Positions 1-9,288 are shown, counted from the first letter of the stretch. The stretch is 64,000 nucleotides of DNA from Candidatus Micrarchaeota archaeon (GCA_016212505.1 JACRGB010000010.1:26758-90757), one strand, 5' to 3'. Notes: generated by a model from the letters alone, not told the origin. Translations and numbers: made by a program.

Positions 1-193
1 TGTTTAGTTACACAACTCAAGACTCAAAACACGAGACGAGAAAATAGTTTGGGCAGTTGTGAAATCCCTGCGGGTCTTTCACGTCCTCCCAATTTTGCCT
101 GAGTCGACAACATTGTTGCAGAGCAACAATGTGCCCCATTGTTCAAAGAACAATAGGGAACCCAGAACTGGAAACTGATAACAAACACAAAAT

Positions 194-459
194 TGGGCCC
201 ACCCGGGATCGAACCGGGGATCTCTACCATTCAAACTTTCTTTGAGTCTAATGCGATCTTCGATCAAGAAAGTTTGATCAAAGAAACAAATCATCTTACA
301 AAGAAAGATGTCAAGGTAGCGTCTTAACCATTGTCGTTTAGCCAGTTAACTTATCAGTTTTGGCTCAACCTTTTTCCCAAACGGCAGGGAACAGATGTTC
401 CCTGCGCCCATTGAACGGGGTGCCGTTCAATAGGGAGGTTGAAACTCGACTATGGGCCC
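194..459 (-). tRNA. tRNA-Val(GAC) interrupted by two introns: 331..444 (114 nt, position 15/16) and 230..308 (79 nt, position 37/38)
   Basis: Removing both inserts from the minus strand gives a 73-nt cloverleaf: GGGCCCA-TA-GTCGAG|TGGTTAAGAC-G-CTACC-TTGACA|T-GGTAG-AGATC-CCCGG-TTCGATC-CCGGG-TGGGCCC-A. Both junctions form relaxed bulge-helix-bulge motifs. Confidence 0.9.
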
Positions 460-556
460 ATGTTTAGGATAAAAGTATTGATTAAAAACATTTAAAATGG
501 TTGAAAACGAAATGTTTAATCTCTAATTTCGCAATTATTCAGCTATTGGTGAAAAA

Positions 557-2290
557 ATGAAGTTCAAACGGTCTCCTATTATCTGCATTCTCGGACACGT
601 TGACCACGGAAAAACAACTATTTTAGACGCCATAAGAGGGACAAGCGTTGCAAAAAAAGAAGCTGGTGGAATTACCCAGATGATTGGTGCCAGTTACGTT
701 TCAAAAGAAACTATCCAGGAATCTGCAGGCAAAGTCGCATTAAAATTTAACTTAACTATTCCAGGCCTGCTCTTCATTGACACGCCGGGCCATGAAGCAT
801 TTAGTAATTTACGGGACCGTGGCGGGAGTATTGCGGATCTGGTTATCGTAGTTATTGATATTAATAACGGGATCCAACCGCAAACAATCGAATCAATCAG
901 AATACTAAAACAATACAAAACTCCTTTTGTAATTGCTGCAAATAAGATTGATACAATAATGGGATGGAAGAGCCACAAAACTTCATCATTCAACGAATCT
1001 TTAGCACAGCAGCCCGAACATATCAAAAATGCGCTTGATGAAAAATTATACAAGTTAATGGGGCAGTTATCAGAACATGGATTTGATAGTGATAGGTACG
1101 ATCGGATTACTGAATTTACAAGACAAATTGCTTTGATTCCAGTTAGTGGAAAAACAAAAGAAGGTCTGGGCGAACTTTTAGTTATGATAGCCGGCCTCAG
1201 CCAAAAATTCCTTGGAGATAATCTTGAAATAGAGGGCACTGGGCGAGGAAAAGGAAGTATAATTGAGGTAAAAGAAGAGAAAGGACTTGGAACAACTGTG
1301 GATATCATACTCTACGATGGAGTAATGAAAAAAAATGATGAAATCGCTTATATGACATTGAATGGCGTGCAAAAAACAAAAGTCCGTGGCCTTTTGCTTC
1401 CTGGTGAAGGAGGAAAATACAATTCAATAGATTCTGCGGTTGCTGCAGCAGGAGTAAAGATTTATGCCCAGGGCCTTGATAGTGCAATTCCAGGATCACC
1501 CTTAGAAGTAGTCCATGATTTTGAAACTGAAAGCAAAGTTATTGAAGATCAGTTCAAGAGCATCATCTTCCACAAAAATGATGAGCTAGGGGTAATACTG
1601 CGCGCAGATAGTTTAGGTTCAGTAGAGGCATTGGTAAAACTTCTTGAAACAAATGAAATCAAGGTAAGGGATGCGTCAGTTGGCCAGATAACAAGAAAAG
1701 AAGTGATTGCTGCTTCTGTTGTTGGAAAAGAGAATCCGTTTCTTGGCGCAGTGTTAGGGTTTAACGTCAGGTTAGTTGACGAAGCAGTAGAGGAGGCAAA
1801 AAATTCAGGAGTTCCAATTATCCAATCCGACATCATATACCGCCTAGTAGATAACTACAAGGCCTGGCAGGTTGAACTAAAAGAAAAAATGAAGAAAGAT
1901 TCAATGGAAAAATTGCCCTGGCCAGCCAAGATAAAAATATTAAAAGGATTTATTTTCCGTGCATCAAAACCGGCTGTTTTTGGGGTGGAAATTTTGGGCG
2001 GCAAAATAAGGAAAAATTATCGGCTTATGGATAAATCTGGGGAGGTTATTGGCGAAGTTCGGGAAATGCAGCACGAAAAAGAAAAAATTGAAGAAGCAAC
2101 CAGCGGACAACAAATTGCCCTATCAGCAGATGGAGTAATTATTGGAAAAAATGCTAATGAAAACGATGTGATTTACACTTATATGACCGGTGATGAGATA
2201 AAGAAATGGGACGAGCAGCTGAATTTGCTTAATGATTCGGAAAAGGGAGTGTATGAGGAAATACGGAAGCTATTACGAAAGTATTTCTAA
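557..2290 (+). CDS. infB: Translation initiation factor aIF5B/IF-2
   Basis: GHVDHGKTT, EAGGITQMIGA, DTPGHEAF and NKID motifs; archaeal length with no long N-terminal extension. Confidence 0.97.
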   Translation: MKFKRSPIICILGHVDHGKTTILDAIRGTSVAKKEAGGITQMIGASYVSKETIQESAGKVALKFNLTIPGLLFIDTPGHEAFSNLRDRGGSIADLVIVVIDINNGIQPQTIESIRILKQYKTPFVIAANKIDTIMGWKSHKTSSFNESLAQQPEHIKNALDEKLYKLMGQLSEHGFDSDRYDRITEFTRQIALIPVSGKTKEGLGELLVMIAGLSQKFLGDNLEIEGTGRGKGSIIEVKEEKGLGTTVDIILYDGVMKKNDEIAYMTLNGVQKTKVRGLLLPGEGGKYNSIDSAVAAAGVKIYAQGLDSAIPGSPLEVVHDFETESKVIEDQFKSIIFHKNDELGVILRADSLGSVEALVKLLETNEIKVRDASVGQITRKEVIAASVVGKENPFLGAVLGFNVRLVDEAVEEAKNSGVPIIQSDIIYRLVDNYKAWQVELKEKMKKDSMEKLPWPAKIKILKGFIFRASKPAVFGVEILGGKIRKNYRLMDKSGEVIGEVREMQHEKEKIEEATSGQQIALSADGVIIGKNANENDVIYTYMTGDEIKKWDEQLNLLNDSEKGVYEEIRKLLRKYF

Positions 2291-2334
2291 TCTTTTATCT
2301 TATTATGTTATGCGATTGATGGCGGGGGATATGA

Positions 2335-3342
2335 ATGATCATTGGACTAACCGGAGAAAACTGCGCAGGAAAAAGTACGGTAGCAGAATATTTAATGAAA
2401 AAAGGATTCTACTATTTTTCACTTTCTGATGCTATACGTGAGGAACTAAAAAAAGAAGGTAAGGGAATAACCCGTGAAAACCTAATCGATATGGGGAACC
2501 GCCTCCGCCAGCTACATGGCGCAGGAGCGTTGGGGAGAAAAATTGCCCAAAAATTACAGGCGGATAAGAATTATTGCATTGACTCAATCAGGAACCCTAC
2601 CGAAGTAGATGAATTGAAAAAAGCAGGGGATTTTTTCTTATTCTATATAACTGCCCCAAGTGAGACCAGATTTGAGAGAATAAAGGCCCGCAATAGGGAA
2701 GAGGACCCAAGAACGTATGAGGCATTTTTGGAAATTGAAAAACTGGAAATGGAAAATGCTGATAAAACCAAACAAAATCTCAAGGGAACTTTTGCGCTGG
2801 CACAAGCCACTATATCTAACGAAGGGAACCTGAATGAATTATATGATAAAGTTAATGCTGAACTGGCAAAAACATCAAAAGAGTTCAAAATGGTCCGGCC
2901 TTCCTGGGATGATTATTTTATGGGAATTGCCAAGGTAGTCGCATCCCGCAGTAATTGCATAAAGAGGAAAGTCGCTGCAGTCATTGTCAAGGATAAACGG
3001 ATCATTTCAACCGGGTACAATGGAACTCCAAGAGGGACAAGAAACTGCGCTGAAGGCGGGTGCCCAAGATGCAATAATTTTTCGGAATCAGGCAAGAATT
3101 TGGAGGAATGCCTCTGTAGCCATGGGGAAGAGAATGCAATTGTCCAGGCTTCTTATCATGGCATTTCGATCAAGGACTCGAGTGTATATACGACCTTCTC
3201 GCCATGCTTGCTCTGCACAAAAATGATAATTAATGCTGGAATTAAGGAAGTAGTCTACAATGTTGATTATCCTTTGGGAGAAACTCCGATGAAATTGCTT
3301 AAGGATGCTGGAGTAAAAGTAAGGCAGCATAAAGTGGAATAA
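2335..3342 (+). CDS. P-loop nucleotide-kinase-like domain fused to dCMP deaminase
   Basis: N-terminal GLTGENCAGKST P-loop; C-terminal RPSWDDYFM, GYNG, HGEENA and PCLLC deaminase zinc motifs. Confidence 0.88.
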   Translation: MIIGLTGENCAGKSTVAEYLMKKGFYYFSLSDAIREELKKEGKGITRENLIDMGNRLRQLHGAGALGRKIAQKLQADKNYCIDSIRNPTEVDELKKAGDFFLFYITAPSETRFERIKARNREEDPRTYEAFLEIEKLEMENADKTKQNLKGTFALAQATISNEGNLNELYDKVNAELAKTSKEFKMVRPSWDDYFMGIAKVVASRSNCIKRKVAAVIVKDKRIISTGYNGTPRGTRNCAEGGCPRCNNFSESGKNLEECLCSHGEENAIVQASYHGISIKDSSVYTTFSPCLLCTKMIINAGIKEVVYNVDYPLGETPMKLLKDAGVKVRQHKVE

Positions 3343-3346
3343 AACT

Positions 3347-4711
3347 TCATTCTACGGTGGAAGCGGATAAAATGTCGTTTTTCCTGGCAAAAATGCTCTT
3401 TACAACTTCCTGCATCGAGCTGTTCTCAAATTCGCCTTCAGGAATTTTGAGTGAAACTGTGTTCCCTCCATCATGAACAAGTATAATTCCTTCTTTTACC
3501 AACTTATTCCAACAGTCGGTAAATATGCCTCGGGCGACCCTAGATTTAGCAGCGTCGTCTTCGAATACTTTTCCAAAAAAGGTGTGAAGTTCGCTTCGGG
3601 CATCACCGATCCCTCTTTTCTTAGGTTCAATGGCAGGAGCTTCCTGATCTAGCCTGAAACAGAAAAATGCGATTAGCCCATACATGTGCCCTTCTTTGAC
3701 CTCACCACCAGTCTCAGCATCATTTGCAATGGCCCTGAAAATCCGGATCTGCTGGGCCATCGGCAATGGCTCAAAAATCGGAGCCGGAGCGCCCGAACGC
3801 TCAGTTGACCAGGAACCTGCAGGTCCGCTTCTCTGCTTATCAGGGAAAACTACATCAATAAGTTTTTCTCCTGCGGGGTTGGTTCTTGAATAAAGCTGGT
3901 TCTTCAGGCCGTGATCAACCCGGTTTAAGTCACGTACAGTTCTACATCCATAAAGCGCGATTAGATTCTGCGCCAAATGAACCAAAACCTCAGGTTCTGC
4001 AGAATCCCAGTTAGAATGTGTAGGAAATCTTAGCCTACCGAGTAAATTTTCTTTTTCTAAATCAGCGTGAAGATCAGGATAATTAATCCTAAACCGCTTT
4101 CTTTTCATAACTGGACCAAGGGGGCCTGATAGGATTGTTTCGGCAGATCGTATCAATTCTGCTTGGCGCTCTGTTAATTGAGGAGCTGCCTTGGGCAGGG
4201 GGCTAGTTTCTTCTGGATTGCATTCGCGAGCTAGTGAAATAAATGGGGCAACACCATCCGCAGTAATTTTTCCTAACCGAATAAGACGCACGAATGCATC
4301 ATTAAGAGCGCCTTGAGAGTATGCATTCCGAATAATGAATTCTCGGGCAGTTTTATCGTTTGAATCAGCACATACAGCCAACACTGCGGCATGGATGATG
4401 AAAATAACTTCTGGCTCGCTGTACAGTTTTTGCACTGCAATAGGTGCAGGACCATGATTAGCAGTAAGATGATCAGCAAGAACCTGAACCAAAAAGTCGA
4501 ATTGTGTTCTAATTGAAGAGGGTAAAGCTTCTACTATTGGCGAGGTAACGCGTTCTGGAATTGCAGGTTCAGGTAATAGATCGAGAACTGGATGAAGTAC
4601 GGGCGGTCTTGGTCTGACTTTTGGAGGAGGCACCAGTACCATTCTAAGGCCTTTTACTTCGAATTTAGTGCTTCTAGCAGTTGTCATAGGTAGCTTTCTA
4701 TGTAGAACCAT
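3347..4711 (-). CDS. Hypothetical orphan protein with a basic/Pro-rich N-terminus
   Basis: 454-aa ORF filling the gap; no family motif recognised. Confidence 0.6.
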   Translation of the reverse strand: MVLHRKLPMTTARSTKFEVKGLRMVLVPPPKVRPRPPVLHPVLDLLPEPAIPERVTSPIVEALPSSIRTQFDFLVQVLADHLTANHGPAPIAVQKLYSEPEVIFIIHAAVLAVCADSNDKTAREFIIRNAYSQGALNDAFVRLIRLGKITADGVAPFISLARECNPEETSPLPKAAPQLTERQAELIRSAETILSGPLGPVMKRKRFRINYPDLHADLEKENLLGRLRFPTHSNWDSAEPEVLVHLAQNLIALYGCRTVRDLNRVDHGLKNQLYSRTNPAGEKLIDVVFPDKQRSGPAGSWSTERSGAPAPIFEPLPMAQQIRIFRAIANDAETGGEVKEGHMYGLIAFFCFRLDQEAPAIEPKKRGIGDARSELHTFFGKVFEDDAAKSRVARGIFTDCWNKLVKEGIILVHDGGNTVSLKIPEGEFENSSMQEVVKSIFARKNDILSASTVE

Positions 4712-4780
4712 TTTTAAACATTTGGAACCTCAAGCTGCAACATCAGGCTCTTAAAAAATGATGGTATGATAAATAAAATC

Positions 4781-4852
4781 GGCAGCAATGAAATCACCGT
4801 CCCAGGCTGATGCCCACAAGGCGATGAGGAGAAGAGTAGCTTTTGAGCTGTC
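4781..4852 (+). ncRNA. Candidate box C/D guide sRNA
   Basis: Terminal stem GGCAGC/GCTGTC, C-like box ATGAAAT, 12-nt guide, D' CTGA, short hairpin, C' ATGAGGA, 12-nt guide, D-like TTGA; TATA-like TTAAAA about 25-30 nt upstream. Confidence 0.7.
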
Positions 4853-4930
4853 ATTCGAATAATTAGAGTTGGGTGCCATAACAAGAGTTATATTGTTTAT
4901 CACCCAATTGTTTGTGGGAGGTAGAAGGGA

Positions 4931-5674
4931 ATGAAACTAGTTGTAAATGACGCTCCAGCATTAAAATCAATAATCGATTGCATTGGTAGCTTGGTAGAAG
5001 AAGGGCAATTCGAGGTAAAGTCAGATGGGATTTACCTAAAGGCAATGGACCCATCCCAAATATCGATGATCTCCTTTAGCATGCCAAAAACATCTTTTGT
5101 AGAGTATAATGTTCCTGAAGAAACTAGGATGGGCTTGGACATTGTAAGATTGTCCGAACTTCTTTCGAGGGGCAAAAAAGGGGAGAAGGCAGAAATTTAC
5201 CTGGAAGAAAACCGGCTTGCCATGACGTTTTCTGGTGCAAAGCATAAGAGGACTTTCAAAATACCCCTAATAGAAACTGCCAACAGGGTAAACCGCGAGC
5301 CGCGGGTAGGAACGAATATTGCAGTGGTACGCTCAGATGCAATCAAAGATGCGCTAAAAGATGCAAAACTAATGAGTACCTATGTCAAACTCCAGGTTAC
5401 AGCTGAAAAGTTCATGGTCGATGTCCTATCGGATAATGGCGAACTGAAAGCGGAATTTGAAAAAGGAAGTCCGGAAGTTCCGGAAATAACCGCGAGCGAA
5501 AGCGTGACCGCTACATATCCGATCCAGTACCTTGAGGATATGGTTCGATCCGCGTCTTCAAGCGCTATGATGAAGATTAGTCTTGGTACCGATATGCCAC
5601 TTAAATTGGAATACGAAATGGACGGGGCAAAATTCACATATTATCTTGCGCCAAGGACCGAACGGGAAGGTTAA
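4931..5674 (+). CDS. pcn: PCNA sliding clamp
   Basis: AMDPSQISM and YYLAPR motifs; 247 aa. Confidence 0.95.
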   Translation: MKLVVNDAPALKSIIDCIGSLVEEGQFEVKSDGIYLKAMDPSQISMISFSMPKTSFVEYNVPEETRMGLDIVRLSELLSRGKKGEKAEIYLEENRLAMTFSGAKHKRTFKIPLIETANRVNREPRVGTNIAVVRSDAIKDALKDAKLMSTYVKLQVTAEKFMVDVLSDNGELKAEFEKGSPEVPEITASESVTATYPIQYLEDMVRSASSSAMMKISLGTDMPLKLEYEMDGAKFTYYLAPRTEREG

Positions 5675-6060
5675 TCTTGGCTTGGTAAGTAGGCAAAACT
5701 AAGGATAATTTTCGATACACTGATTTTTATCCATTCCAAGGGCAGTTCATATCGGAAGGTGATCGAATGAACAAAAAACAAAATGGGTGGTTGGGAATCC
5801 AGGCGATCCTTAGATTCGCACAATAATGGCAATATAGAAAAATGCCAATGTAGTGAGCATCGAAAAAATACTAGCAAGAACAAAGCGCTAAGTCAACGCC
5901 AACCAATTTTGGATTATTGCGATGGCAAGCGCTATGACACAGGTTGCTGGGGCGGCGTAATGACGAGCGATTAGGGTAAAAAGTAGAAAATAACTTCGTC
6001 AATAAACGAAATGGTACATAGGTTTAAAAGCAGAAACAGACATAAATAATAATAGAGGCC

Positions 6061-6951
6061 GTGAATATGAAAAAAACTGAATACTTAGTTTCAGCTGTCC
6101 CGAAACCGGAAGAAAAGCTTGCAGAGCTTTCATCCGAAAAGGTAGATGATTCTAGGCTTCCTGAATTCTCAAAAGAAGTTCCTATTAGTTCTAGAAAAAC
6201 CGAAAATAGCGAACAAATACAGGTGGATTATGAGTGGAAAGATGATAAATCAGAGCTAATAAAAGTAAAAACCATTAACTTTAGCAAAGAAGAAAACCTT
6301 GACGACTTCTATCGGGTCAATGCCCGAGATGGAATAGATAGCGTATGCATCAAGCACAATAGGGCAACTTATATTTTAAGAAAAACTGGCAGGGAAATCG
6401 CCCATGCGCTAAATCGGGTTCAAACCAAACTGAGCAGCGTATTCAACAGGATGGTCGGATATGTGAAAACAGTAATCGGAAATTATTACCTTATAGCTAA
6501 GGTAGAAGGAGTTGCCTGGTCGTTTGACCGAAGAATAACAAGAAGCAATAACATCCAGCACGTTGATATTGATAATATTCCTGAATCTGGAAAGAAAAAG
6601 CTCGGTGAACTTATAAGCGAGAGATTATCAGAAGCTCATGCAGATAATTTTGCAATAGGCGCATTTACTATGAATAACCTTCTGCTTACTGAAGATGACC
6701 TAAAATTCACTGATTTAAGAAATGTCCGGGTTTCCAGAAAACGAGCATATTTGGTAGAAGAATTCAAGAACGTCTTATCCTATCTTACTTCAGTTGGAAT
6801 GATTAAAGGTCAGGATATTTACCCGTGTATAGCAACCTATGTTGCAAAGAATGAAAATGCAGCAATGGAGTGGTTTGCTAGCAAAAATAAGAAGAAAAAC
6901 GTTGATCTTTTCGAAGTAGCATCAAAGATTGAGCAGGAAGTTTATTGCTAA
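6061..6951 (+). CDS. Hypothetical protein, possible degenerate protein-kinase-like fold
   Basis: LSEAHADNFAIGAFTMNNLLL...KFTD resembles the kinase catalytic loop and DFG region but lacks the catalytic Asp. Confidence 0.5.
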   Translation: MNMKKTEYLVSAVPKPEEKLAELSSEKVDDSRLPEFSKEVPISSRKTENSEQIQVDYEWKDDKSELIKVKTINFSKEENLDDFYRVNARDGIDSVCIKHNRATYILRKTGREIAHALNRVQTKLSSVFNRMVGYVKTVIGNYYLIAKVEGVAWSFDRRITRSNNIQHVDIDNIPESGKKKLGELISERLSEAHADNFAIGAFTMNNLLLTEDDLKFTDLRNVRVSRKRAYLVEEFKNVLSYLTSVGMIKGQDIYPCIATYVAKNENAAMEWFASKNKKKNVDLFEVASKIEQEVYC

Positions 6952-6969
6952 GAAGTGGCTGGACAAAAA

Positions 6970-9288
6970 TCAGATTCTCTCGATCTGCGTCTCTTTATTA
7001 TGTTCTTTATCCCGGCTAAGCCTATAGCTTGAAGCAAATTCCGAACCGATCAGAGCTTCTTCATGGGTAATTACGAAAGTTTGTTTTACTACTTCAGGAA
7101 CCTTGAATTGTAAGGCTGATGAAAGGAGTTCAACTGCTTGGCGATCTAAATTATGTGTTGGTTCGTCGAGAATTAGCCAACTTAATTTTGGTACAAGTAC
7201 GGTTGCGAGTGCCACCCTAAGCGTAAGGGCCGCACAGGCTCTCTCTCCGCCGCTTGCAATTGATTCAAGTGGCTTCCAGTTCTGGTTTTGGCCATCACTA
7301 ACCTGGAATAAATAATCCTTATCACTAACTTCCAGCCGAAGTGCAGAATAATTACGATAGGGATAGAAGATCGTCCAAATTTCATTCATCGCACTGTTTA
7401 TTGCATCAACAACATTTTCGCGGAGTGAAGTTTGAGTTTCTAGTAAGGCATTTTTGTAAATAAGGAGCTCACTTTCCAGCCGTATAAGCTCTTTTGCTTC
7501 CTGCTCCATTAGTTTTAGCGTAGCGAGGTCATCACGAAGTACTTTGAGCATGTCGTTTAGCATGCGGGAAGAGGTTTCAAGCTCGCGTTTTTGTGAGGAA
7601 AGCCTTTCAGTAGATAATTTGAGTGATTCGGTTTCAGTTCTTAGCTTTTCGAATGACTGCTCATCAAAAAGGGTCAGCTTCAGATTTTCTTGATTAGAAA
7701 CTATTTTCTTTTCTGTCTCAGCCAAAGTTTTTTGTTTTAAGGCCAATGATTCTAACTTGCTAAGCTCAATTCGATATTGATCAAGCTTTGCAGTTAGTTG
7801 CTCGCTATTTGTAGCAAGAGCAAATTTTTGCTCTAAAGTTTTTGATAATTCAAGATCAAAAATGGATTTTTTAGTTATTAAATCCTGGACAGGAGGGGCA
7901 TTTTTCTCGCTCTTCTCCAGGGAGAGGATTAAATCCAGTGATGAAGAAATTTTACGATTTTTGGATGATAATTCTTCAAGAGCTTTTCTTTCTGTGAGGA
8001 GGATTCTGGATAGTTCAGCAAGCTGCTTGTTTTTTTCTTCTATTTTCGCGGTTTTTTCATTTTTTATATGTTCAATGCCATGCTCAGCAAGTTTCGATGA
8101 GCAGAGCGGGCATTCGGAAAGGCCAGGCTTAAGGTTTTTGAGAATATCTGAAATTTCAATAAGTTCTTTTTCAATAGAACGTTTTTCGGATTCAAAAGAA
8201 AGGAGTTTTTGTTCGGCTGATTTCTGATCATCAATCAAGGCTGCCGGGGTTTTGCCAGCGCCGCCTAAAAGGAGCTCAAGGTCCTTTCTTAATTTTTGAA
8301 TCTTATCAGAGCTTTCTTTTGTGCTTTTGATTTTGGTTTCAAGGACGCTTATTTCTTTTGAACTCTTTAGGTGGATTTCGTCAACTGATTTGATCTGTGC
8401 TGCAAGAGTATTTTTTTCAGCGAGAAGAGAACTGTAATCTAGCTTGAGTTTGGAATGATGTTCCGGATTAAACAATGCAACTTCAGCCTTTAGTGAGTCT
8501 TGCTGGGCAGTTAAGCGGATCATTTCCTTGGAAAGCAATTCAAATATGTCCTTTTTCTTTTTCATTTCCTGGAAAAGTACTGTAGATTTGGAAAGTTGCT
8601 TGGTTTGTTCCTCATGAGTTAGGAGCAGCTCCCTTAGTTTTGCTTCAAGTGATAAGAGCTCCTTTGCTTTTTCCTGCTCTTTGGCAGAAACTTCAGAAAC
8701 TTTCTCTACACTAAACCGCTCTTCCACCCCTTCGCGCTTGGAGCGGATGCGGCCAATAACTGAAATGATATTGGTTCTTGCTAATTCGAATTTGTCAAGC
8801 CCAAGAAGCGTATCCACTTCCTGCTTTCTTCTTCTTGGATCAAGGGTAAGGAAATAATCGATGTTATTTTGCTCAGAATAAATCGCTCTTGTGAATAAGT
8901 CGTAATCAATCTGGAGAAGGTTTTGGACGTATGTATTTACTGCAACAGGCCCAGATTCAACGAGCATCGTGTTTTTGAAAACTTCGGCTGCAGAACTTGT
9001 CCCTCTTTTATTGCGCTCGATAACTCGCTCGAGACGATATGTTGCACCTTCCCAGACAAATTCCAAAAAAACTTTGGTTATTGGTTCATTCAGACGCATA
9101 AGATCTTCTAGTTTGACTTTTCGCCGCTCTAAGGAAGGGAAAGTACCAAATAAAGCAAAGCTTATCCCTTCAAGTACACTGGATTTTCCAGCGCCCATTA
9201 TTCCTACGAGCAGGTTGGTGCCGTCGCTAAAGTCCAGCTTGGAATCTGAGTGTGATCGCCAGTTGATTAAATGAATAAGTCGGATCAT
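6970..9288 (-). CDS. rad50: Rad50/SbcC-like SMC ATPase (likely start 9288)
   Basis: Walker A GIMGAGKSS, coiled coil with central CPLC zinc hook, ASGGE signature, LILDEPT Walker B, ITH. Confidence 0.88.
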   Translation of the reverse strand: MIRLIHLINWRSHSDSKLDFSDGTNLLVGIMGAGKSSVLEGISFALFGTFPSLERRKVKLEDLMRLNEPITKVFLEFVWEGATYRLERVIERNKRGTSSAAEVFKNTMLVESGPVAVNTYVQNLLQIDYDLFTRAIYSEQNNIDYFLTLDPRRRKQEVDTLLGLDKFELARTNIISVIGRIRSKREGVEERFSVEKVSEVSAKEQEKAKELLSLEAKLRELLLTHEEQTKQLSKSTVLFQEMKKKKDIFELLSKEMIRLTAQQDSLKAEVALFNPEHHSKLKLDYSSLLAEKNTLAAQIKSVDEIHLKSSKEISVLETKIKSTKESSDKIQKLRKDLELLLGGAGKTPAALIDDQKSAEQKLLSFESEKRSIEKELIEISDILKNLKPGLSECPLCSSKLAEHGIEHIKNEKTAKIEEKNKQLAELSRILLTERKALEELSSKNRKISSSLDLILSLEKSEKNAPPVQDLITKKSIFDLELSKTLEQKFALATNSEQLTAKLDQYRIELSKLESLALKQKTLAETEKKIVSNQENLKLTLFDEQSFEKLRTETESLKLSTERLSSQKRELETSSRMLNDMLKVLRDDLATLKLMEQEAKELIRLESELLIYKNALLETQTSLRENVVDAINSAMNEIWTIFYPYRNYSALRLEVSDKDYLFQVSDGQNQNWKPLESIASGGERACAALTLRVALATVLVPKLSWLILDEPTHNLDRQAVELLSSALQFKVPEVVKQTFVITHEEALIGSEFASSYRLSRDKEHNKETQIERI

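Noticed and set aside
24..294. Short minus-strand ORFs of 68 and 71 aa
   Set aside because: They overlap the tRNA-Val gene and its intron and show no protein features
4781..4852. Fluoride riboswitch or hammerhead reading of GCTGATG / GGCGATG
   Set aside because: Element order and stems do not fit those RNAs; the box C/D layout explains the sequence better
5671..6020. Small ORFs or a possible decayed membrane-protein gene between pcn and the next gene
   Set aside because: Hydrophobic stretches on the minus strand are interrupted by stops and match no family I recognise, so I cannot support a CDS or pseudogene call
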